DNA from: Eubacteriales bacterium
Lineage (GTDB): Bacteria > Bacillota > Clostridia > Oscillospirales > CAG-272
Assembly (NCBI GenBank): GCA_045656745.1
Contig: JAZORT010000023.1
Location: 28,901-92,900 of the forward strand
DNA length: 64,000 nt
Direction of reading: 5' to 3'
The notes under the pieces were generated by a model, which did no database searches, was not told the DNA's origin, and saw nothing but the letters and a program-made list of their open reading frames with translations. The translations under genes were made by a program, and so were the position numbers. This document shows, piece by piece, positions 57,863-64,000 of the stretch. Each line of letters begins with the position of its first letter. Position 1 is the stretch's first letter.

Positions 57863-58915
57863 TTAGAAGAGCTCGCTTGCGGTGCCGGGGAAGTCGGGGT
57901 TGTCTACCGCAAGAAGGATATGCTTGTAGCTACCGAAGCCAACGCCGAATCGGCATCTGCCGTTCCAAATGTAATTGCCGGTGTGGTTGTCAACCCAGTT
58001 GGTAACATTGAGGGGAACGCGGTTGAAGAACATATTACCGCAAAGGTTCTTGTTTGCCTCGCTGGACATTAGCATAAGCGCATCGGTGGCAGGAGCCCAG
58101 TTGGGAAGAATAACAATATTCCACTTGCCGTAGTTGAGATTAAGCTCATCCTTGCCGTTAAAGCCGGTAAGGCTTCCGCAAACCTTCTTTACAATGCTCT
58201 CGGCAACGGGTCTGTTACCGGGAAGAATAATGGTGTCTGCGGTGTAACCGAGAGAGTTGCCCTGCTCATCCTTCATATTTCTGAGGTGAATGGTGAGAGC
58301 CGCAAGAGACTCCTCAAATCTTTCTACGCTGGGAGTGCGGACGCCGCCGCTTGTGGTGTAGAAAATATCACCGTAGTAATAGTTAGACTGCTCGGCGGCA
58401 TCGTTGCGGTAGTAGTGAGTGCCCGAGAAGAGAGGTGCGCCGTCATAGGCGGAAAGGTCAAGCATTGCGCCTGCGAAAGTAGCACTGCCTATGGCGCCGT
58501 TGATAAGGGCGGTCTCGCAGATTTTGTTGATAGTCTTGTAGTAAGCGCGGACAAAGCTTTCTGCTCTGCGTCTTGTATCGCTTGCAATACCGTACTGCGC
58601 ATCCTCCATCATCTCTGCGGAGATAACAAACTCCTTGGTATACTGGATATGCTCAATAAACTTTTTGTAAATTTCGGAGACGGTGTCCTGAGCGGCTTCT
58701 GCGCCCTCCTCGGTAGCCTGGAAAACATCAAAGCCTTCCTCTCCTACTATGGTCTCGCCGAAGCGGTTGCTCTTTTCAATATTGAAGAGAGCTCTTGCAA
58801 CTCCTTTCTTTTTCGAGAGAAGATCGCTCTCGTGCTCGATTATCATCTTGATAGGAGTTTCAAGCTTGCCTATCGCTGCGTCGGTGTTGCCCTGGGATTT
58901 AGAATAAATTATCAT
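57863..58915 (-). CDS. Major capsid protein (HK97-fold, Mu gpT-like)
   Basis: 350 aa after the scaffold gene; 'EEGAEA', 'ISAEMMED', 'DGAPLFSGTH', 'FNRVPL', 'RFGVGF' motifs. Confidence 0.75.
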   Translation of the reverse strand: MIIYSKSQGNTDAAIGKLETPIKMIIEHESDLLSKKKGVARALFNIEKSNRFGETIVGEEGFDVFQATEEGAEAAQDTVSEIYKKFIEHIQYTKEFVISAEMMEDAQYGIASDTRRRAESFVRAYYKTINKICETALINGAIGSATFAGAMLDLSAYDGAPLFSGTHYYRNDAAEQSNYYYGDIFYTTSGGVRTPSVERFEESLAALTIHLRNMKDEQGNSLGYTADTIILPGNRPVAESIVKKVCGSLTGFNGKDELNLNYGKWNIVILPNWAPATDALMLMSSEANKNLCGNMFFNRVPLNVTNWVDNHTGNYIWNGRCRFGVGFGSYKHILLAVDNPDFPGTASELF

Positions 58916-58953
58916 TGTTTTTTTCCTTTCTTAATTAAAAAATATTTTTGTTT

Positions 58954-59382
58954 TTATCGGGTGACTCTTTTGTAGAGTCTTTCAATTTCGCTGTCGCTTG
59001 CGTCCTCAAAGAGTGCTCTTGCAATACTCCACTCTCTGCGTGTCATAGAGCTTTTCGGGGATCTTGAAACTGCGGGGACAGCTCCGCGAAGGTGGGAGCG
59101 GTTGTCCTGCGCCCTTTGCGAGGTGGCAAGATATGCCTCCTCGGGAGTCAGACCAAGGTCTCTCAAAGCCGAATATCTTATGGGATTAGGCAGACCGCTG
59201 ACGTCTGAAAGAGCGCAAAGCTCGGGGAATTTGCCTTTGAGAATCGCAAGGTCGTCCGAAAGAAGCTCGCTCACCTCGTCAATTTCCTCGTTATACTGCT
59301 CGTCGGGGCAGATTATCTGATCAGGCTGCGCCTCGGAAATCTCCTCCGCCTCTTTTTCGGGGGTAAGGTTTTCGTTTTCCAC
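58954..59382 (-). CDS. Putative capsid scaffolding protein
   Basis: Acidic N-terminus, 'RSHL...SDSEIERLY' C-terminus, located between portal and capsid. Confidence 0.6.
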   Translation of the reverse strand: MENENLTPEKEAEEISEAQPDQIICPDEQYNEEIDEVSELLSDDLAILKGKFPELCALSDVSGLPNPIRYSALRDLGLTPEEAYLATSQRAQDNRSHLRGAVPAVSRSPKSSMTRREWSIARALFEDASDSEIERLYKRVTR

Positions 59383-59514
59383 TTATCTTGCCTCCTTTGC
59401 TCTCAGGTCACCGCCCTTAATACATCTGATTTTAGGCTCGTTTTTAGGCTTATAAACCTTTATAGGTGCCATCGAAAAGGTTGCGTAGGGGGATTTTGTA
59501 ATTTTCTTTTTCAT
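59383..59514 (-). CDS. Small basic protein (43 aa) MKKKITKSPYATFSMAPIKVYKPKNEPKIRCIKGGDLRAKEAR
   Basis: Not in the ORF track. Fills the portal-scaffold gap; its stop abuts the scaffold GTG. Confidence 0.6.
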   Translation of the reverse strand: MKKKITKSPYATFSMAPIKVYKPKNEPKIRCIKGGDLRAKEAR

Positions 59515-59516
59515 TT

Positions 59517-61211
59517 TTACTCACTTTCTTTGTTTGAATTTTTGTTTTTGATAAGCTCCTTGAAATATTCGGCATTGTCCGAGGCGTAGGGGTAGTGCGC
59601 CTTTGCCTGAGCCTGCCAATATCTGAGGAGTGTTTCGGGGGAGTCTTTATCGCCGAGAGTGCCGGCCTGGAAGCTCTCAAGATTTCTTTGCCAAAGAGAC
59701 TCGCGCCGATATTCGCTCTCCGAGCTTTGGTCAACCGTAAAGATAAAGTCGGGGCAGTATCTGTATTCTCCGCGCTCGTTTTTCTCGATGAAATCCTTTC
59801 TTGAAAATTTCGAGCGGTGGACTCTGCCAAGGGCGTCCATATACCTTAAAGGTCTGTCCTCGTCGGCAAAGGCAAGATAATGCTCGAAAATCAGCGAGTA
59901 TATCTTTGAATAGCAAAGATTTTTAAGCCTCTTTTTCGATTCAAGACGACTGCTCGACTGGCTTATCTTCAGCTGCCTTGCATAGCCCGACTCGTTTTTG
60001 TTGTTATCAAGGCCCTGAAGCGCGTCAGAGATTCCGATAATTCTCTTTGCCTGGTCGTAAAGGCGGTCTGCCTCGGCAATATCCTGAGCAATATCGGGGG
60101 TGGTGTCTATCTTGCCGTAGCTGTCAGCGCTCTCCCCGGGCCGAAGCTTTATAACCTGGCCAAAGACAGAGTTTGTCACCGAAACGGTGGCGTCCTCAGG
60201 CACAACGGGAGTCACTCCCGAGCGCAAAAGCTTTGAGAGAATTCTCGATTCAACCTTGTTTATCGCCTGCTGCTGGGGTCTTATTCTGTCACAGTCGGAC
60301 GAGCCGTAAACCGACCCCTCCTCAAGGGTGTTTTTCCTTATAACGATAGGGAATTTTTTAGGCGAGTAGTAGGGCAGAATGATTTCTGTGCCTCCCTCCT
60401 CGGTGACACTCTCAATAAGAATGTTGCCCTCTGTATATCCCTCGTTGCAGGTACATTTTCCCTCTGTGGCGCCGCAAACGGGGCATAGCTTACCCTTTCG
60501 CATATAGTATGCGGGAGAGTCCTCAAGCAAAAGGTCTCCGGAAAAGAGCAGCTTTCCGATATTTCCGTCCTCGTCGCGGTAAAAGGCGGTGACAAGCCTT
60601 ACGGTGTCGTTTATGGAGAGGGAGCCGTCGTATTCGTATTCACATTCGGCAAGGCAAAGCCTCTCCTCGCCCACCCCGTATCGGCGCATAAGCTCGCCCT
60701 TGGTGGTTGAAAAGCGCAAAAAGCAGTATTCCATATCCTCAACCTCGGCAATTCCCGGCTGCGGCAGAAAGCTTTCGGGGGAAAGGCAGTGGAGTCTTAC
60801 GTCTCCGCCTCCCTCAATTTCGCTGTCCCATTCAACAAACCATACGCTGCCGCCCAAAATATAGGTGTAGCGCTCGTCGGAATCGTTCATAGCCTCGAAG
60901 GGCAGTCTGCTCCGCAGGGCAAGGCAAAGATGCTCGATAGCCTTTGCGCAGCCGTCGTGGGTCTCGCTGAAAGAAAACGGCTCGACTCTCGGCAGGGGAA
61001 TATCGGAAGAAATCTCGCTTTCCACTATTTCATAGGTAATGTTTCTTACGGTGGCGGCAGACTCGCTTGAGCCGTCTATTTCGGCAGAGCCGAGATATTG
61101 CCGCATTCGTCTGCTCATTTTTTCAAGCTCCTCGGCGCGGTATTCCTCCGCCGCAAGGTAAAGCTCCTTAAAAAGCTCAAGACGCGCCGTAGCGGTTAGT
61201 TTTGTATTCAT
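59517..61211 (-). CDS. Portal protein (P22-like)
   Basis: 564 aa directly after the terminase; 'RNITYEIVESEI', 'FPIVIRKN...YGSSD...QQQAIN', 'ESGYARQ' motifs. Confidence 0.8.
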   Translation of the reverse strand: MNTKLTATARLELFKELYLAAEEYRAEELEKMSRRMRQYLGSAEIDGSSESAATVRNITYEIVESEISSDIPLPRVEPFSFSETHDGCAKAIEHLCLALRSRLPFEAMNDSDERYTYILGGSVWFVEWDSEIEGGGDVRLHCLSPESFLPQPGIAEVEDMEYCFLRFSTTKGELMRRYGVGEERLCLAECEYEYDGSLSINDTVRLVTAFYRDEDGNIGKLLFSGDLLLEDSPAYYMRKGKLCPVCGATEGKCTCNEGYTEGNILIESVTEEGGTEIILPYYSPKKFPIVIRKNTLEEGSVYGSSDCDRIRPQQQAINKVESRILSKLLRSGVTPVVPEDATVSVTNSVFGQVIKLRPGESADSYGKIDTTPDIAQDIAEADRLYDQAKRIIGISDALQGLDNNKNESGYARQLKISQSSSRLESKKRLKNLCYSKIYSLIFEHYLAFADEDRPLRYMDALGRVHRSKFSRKDFIEKNERGEYRYCPDFIFTVDQSSESEYRRESLWQRNLESFQAGTLGDKDSPETLLRYWQAQAKAHYPYASDNAEYFKELIKNKNSNKESE

Positions 61212-61215
61212 AATT

Positions 61216-62574
61216 TCAGTTTGGTTCTCCGTATTTTTCTATTAGGTATTTTTTGCCCTCTGCTCCCGCCCGCAAATAATCCTCGCGCATATCCTGCGTC
61301 CAGCTCGTTTTTGCGCCGGGCAGGGAATAGGGCTTTGCCCGAAAGATAGAGTAGCCTCTGAGAGCATCGGGGGCGTGGGTTATTTCGTGAGGCTCGGTGG
61401 AGCAGTCGGTAGGGCGGTTTTTATCCACCTGCAGTGCGGGCAGACAGCGTATCAGCTCTCTTGCAGTAGAGAATATCTGTAAGGACGGCGCGCCCTCGCC
61501 GCCGCAGAGCATCTCCTTCAGAGCAAGCCAGCCGCATTCTCTGTCGTTTGAGGTTTTTGTAAAATTCAAGCCGTATTCCGCAAAGAGTGTAGCCTTTGTT
61601 TTGCCCGTTTCCTGACTGCGTGAAAAGAGGTCGGGAGGCGCCAGGGTAAGGTAAATATCCTCGCCCTTCGGGGTCCTTTCAAGTATAGCCCTTGCCGCCG
61701 CGCTTATGGGCAGGTCGGACTCGCAGTATTCTCTGTAAACAAAGGAGCGTCCGTCGGGTGAGAGAGCTATCCAAAGACAGGCAAGGCGGTCAAGCCCGTA
61801 ATCTATGGTGCGGAATTTTCTCCACGAAGGCGGTATCTCAAACGGCTCGATAATATGGATTTTTCGGTCAAATTCGCAGAAATACTGCCCCTCAAAAATC
61901 TCCCAGTCTCCGTAAAGGAGAGCCTGCCTTTCTCTTTTCGGCAGAGCTAAAAGCCTTTTTTTGTATCCCGGGTCCGAGGAGGTGAGAAAGCTGTTATCGT
62001 CAATGAGGGAGGGAATAAAAATTCTTGTAAGCCCGTCCTCACCCACAAACTCCTTTTCCGAGGCATAGGGGTCAACAAAGCGCCTCTTAACCCAGTTGTG
62101 ACCGACTCCGCCCGGATTTGTCGAGGATTTTACCTGCTTTGGAAAGCCGTTTGCGCCCCTCACTCGCGATATGAGGTATATATATTGGCTTTCGGTAAAG
62201 TGGGTAAGCTCGTCAAAGCGGATAACATCGTATTCGGCGCTCTGATACTGATAAACATCAAATTCTGCCGCACAGTAACCGAAATCGATAACCGAGCCGT
62301 TTTTGAATTTCCCGGTGTGGCTTGATGAATTCATCGAGAATATCTCCCTCGGAAAAAGACCAAGCGCCCCGCGGATAAGCGATTTTTCAAGCTCGGCATA
62401 GGTGCGCCTCAGCACAAGCTGCTTTGAGCCGGGGTAGCTTAAAGCGAAGATAAGCGAGTCAAGGAGCTGCCCGTGAGATTTTCCCCCGCCGGCGGCGCCG
62501 CCGAAGAGGACCTCAAAGCTCTTTGCGTCAATAAACTGCTTTTGCTTTTTGGTGGCAGTGTATTTAAGCTCCAT
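61216..62574 (-). CDS. Terminase large subunit
   Basis: Walker A GGAAGGGKS, Walker B IRFDEL, coupling motif STNPGG, 'LLYGDW', nuclease IDYG and HAPDALR, all intact. Confidence 0.93.
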   Translation of the reverse strand: MELKYTATKKQKQFIDAKSFEVLFGGAAGGGKSHGQLLDSLIFALSYPGSKQLVLRRTYAELEKSLIRGALGLFPREIFSMNSSSHTGKFKNGSVIDFGYCAAEFDVYQYQSAEYDVIRFDELTHFTESQYIYLISRVRGANGFPKQVKSSTNPGGVGHNWVKRRFVDPYASEKEFVGEDGLTRIFIPSLIDDNSFLTSSDPGYKKRLLALPKRERQALLYGDWEIFEGQYFCEFDRKIHIIEPFEIPPSWRKFRTIDYGLDRLACLWIALSPDGRSFVYREYCESDLPISAAARAILERTPKGEDIYLTLAPPDLFSRSQETGKTKATLFAEYGLNFTKTSNDRECGWLALKEMLCGGEGAPSLQIFSTARELIRCLPALQVDKNRPTDCSTEPHEITHAPDALRGYSIFRAKPYSLPGAKTSWTQDMREDYLRAGAEGKKYLIEKYGEPN

Positions 62575-62894
62575 TATATTACCTCAAGATTAAAGCGAAT
62601 TTCCTCTGCGCCTCCACCGCCCTCGCCCTCGCTATCGAGAAGGTATTTTACAAAGGATGGGTCAAAGCGCTTTACCAAGGCGCGGTCTATCAGCATATCT
62701 CGGCGGATTTCAAGGCACTCGGCATAAGCCTTCTCAAAAAGTCTTTTTTTCCTGAAGCTTAAAAGCTCCTCAAGGGTAAGTCCCTTTGTCCTTGCAAATT
62801 TTGAGAAGCTCGGCGCGCCCTGCTCATCATAGCCCGCAAAGAAGAGATACATCTCCTTTTCTATCCCTTGGTAATATCCGTTTTTCTTCTTCAT
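62574..62894 (-). CDS. Terminase small subunit-like protein
   Basis: 106 aa with an HTH-like segment 'PSFSKFARTKGLTLEEL'; stop overlaps the terL start. Confidence 0.65.
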   Translation of the reverse strand: MKKKNGYYQGIEKEMYLFFAGYDEQGAPSFSKFARTKGLTLEELLSFRKKRLFEKAYAECLEIRRDMLIDRALVKRFDPSFVKYLLDSEGEGGGGAEEIRFNLEVI

Positions 62895-62969
62895 CTTTTT
62901 CCTTTCCCGAGGATGAGTCCTCGATTTTTTTCTTTCCCAAGTCAGGGTACCTCTGCTCGGGACAATTAC

Positions 62970-62998
62970 ATTATACACCAAAAAGTTGCGTTTGTAAG
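62970..62998 (-). promoter_or_regulatory. Candidate sigma-A-like promoter of the phage-like operon
   Basis: CTTACA-17 bp-TATAAT on the minus strand, about 75 bp upstream of the small terminase start. Confidence 0.5.
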
Positions 62999-63113
62999 TA
63001 CACTCTTGGGTAGAAGAAGTTACCTAAAAAGTGACAAAAAGTGTACAAAATGCACAAAAAAAGAGCGCAAAACGAAAACGTTTCACGCTCTAGGTGCAAA
63101 ATGGTAAATTTTG

Positions 63114-64000
63114 CTAACGGATTATTCTGTTTATAACGGCCTCTTTTTTCGGTTCTGTTTTTGAGAACGAGTAGGCTGAAAGGAGTATGCTCTCTGCCTC
63201 ATCAAGCAGGCTTTCGTCGTTTGAATAAAGGGTTGCGAGGGTCTCTCCGCGCACTACCCTGTCTCCCCTCTTTTTGTTCAAAATTACAGCCGCAAGAGGG
63301 TCGATTACATCCTCCTTGGTTTTTCTGCCTGCGCCGAGGGTGAGGGAAGAGAGTCCGATTTTTTCGGCATCGGTCGCAAGGACAAAGCCGTCCTTTGGCG
63401 AGTTTACGCAGCGCTCATATTTTGCGGAGCCCACCGATGCGGGGTCGTTTGCCGCCTCGGCACTGCCGCCCTGAGCGGTCAGCCACTCAACGAATTTTTT
63501 GTATGCGCATCCTGAGTCGAGAGCCTCGGTAACTGCCAAAAGAGCCTCGCTATGAGCCATTCCCTTTGCAAGAGAGAGCATTTCGGCAGAAACCGCGAGA
63601 GCAACCTCTCTTAAATCGGCAGGCCCTCTGCCCAAAAGCACCTCGCGCGCCTCGATAACCTCCGAAAGATTGCCTACCGCAAGTCCGAGAGGTGTATCCA
63701 TATCGGTTATAAGGGCACAGACCCGTCTGCCGAGAGATTTGCCGATGTCAACCATATTTTTTGCAAGGACCCCCGCCTCTTCGGGAGTTTTCATAAATGC
63801 TCCGCTTCCGTATTTTACATCAAGAACGATGTTTTTTGTGCCCGAAGCCAGCTTTTTGCCCATTATAGAGGAGGTTATGAGCGGTATAGAGTCTACCGTT
63901 GCCGTAACGTCGCGCAGGGCGTAGAGCTTTTTGTCAGCAGGCGCAAGTCCCTCGCTCTGACCGATAACCGCAATTCCTATATCCTCTACCTGAGAGATAA
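63114..64000 (-). CDS. pdp: Pyrimidine-nucleoside/thymidine phosphorylase (5' part outside the window)
   Basis: 'ADKKLYALRDVTATVDSIPLITSSIMGKKLASG', 'LDVKYGSGAFM', 'LGAGRKTKED'. Confidence 0.93.
   Translation of the reverse strand, partial: ISQVEDIGIAVIGQSEGLAPADKKLYALRDVTATVDSIPLITSSIMGKKLASGTKNIVLDVKYGSGAFMKTPEEAGVLAKNMVDIGKSLGRRVCALITDMDTPLGLAVGNLSEVIEAREVLLGRGPADLREVALAVSAEMLSLAKGMAHSEALLAVTEALDSGCAYKKFVEWLTAQGGSAEAANDPASVGSAKYERCVNSPKDGFVLATDAEKIGLSSLTLGAGRKTKEDVIDPLAAVILNKKRGDRVVRGETLATLYSNDESLLDEAESILLSAYSFSKTEPKKEAVINRIIR

Larger units (their letters stand above)
51673..62998 (-). other. Compact phage-derived head/packaging operon (candidate GTA-like element)
   Basis: Thirteen co-oriented, tightly coupled genes from terminase to membrane proteins, between pdp and the DinG helicase. 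No integrase, replication, repressor or lysin gene recognised. Confidence 0.75.

Noticed and set aside
51673-62998. Complete active prophage or phage satellite (PICI)
   Set aside because: No integrase, repressor, primase/replication gene, lysin or att-like direct repeats are seen, and housekeeping genes flank both sides closely. A decayed prophage cannot be fully excluded.
1-64000. tRNA, rRNA, riboswitch or IS elements
   Set aside because: None recognised by eye; a covariance-model scan would be needed to exclude small RNAs.

Overview
This window looks like chromosomal DNA from an anaerobic Clostridia-like Firmicute (taxon inferred from gene content and Shine-Dalgarno/promoter style). Housekeeping genes (addB, eda, a ZIP transporter, pepF, malQ, uraA/upp, a DinG/XPD-type helicase, pdp) frame two unusual regions. 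(1) About 8.6-47.4 kb is a glycan-utilisation region (two GH1, a GH2 glucuronidase-like enzyme, a GH20, an SGNH esterase, an MFS transporter). It contains three copies of an uncharacterised cassette: an AraC regulator, a 42-46 aa peptide with a conserved Y-x13-D-[IV]-[IV]-[AT]-[TS]-S leader, a secreted protein with a shared N-terminal domain, a cytoplasmic unknown helical-barrel enzyme, and a giant lipoprotein carrying the same enzyme domain plus lectin-like modules. Two of the three lipoproteins end in a tail that mimics the C-terminal core of the peptides. One AraC carries an apparently permuted copy of an extracellular module from its neighbouring lipoprotein. (2) About 51.7-63.0 kb is a compact, intact podovirus-like head and packaging operon (small and large terminase, portal, scaffold, capsid, adaptor, tail hub with an LRR insert, three membrane proteins). 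It has no recognisable integrase, replication, repressor or lysin genes, so it is a candidate gene-transfer-agent-like domesticated element. All family calls come from reading motifs by eye; no database searches were run.
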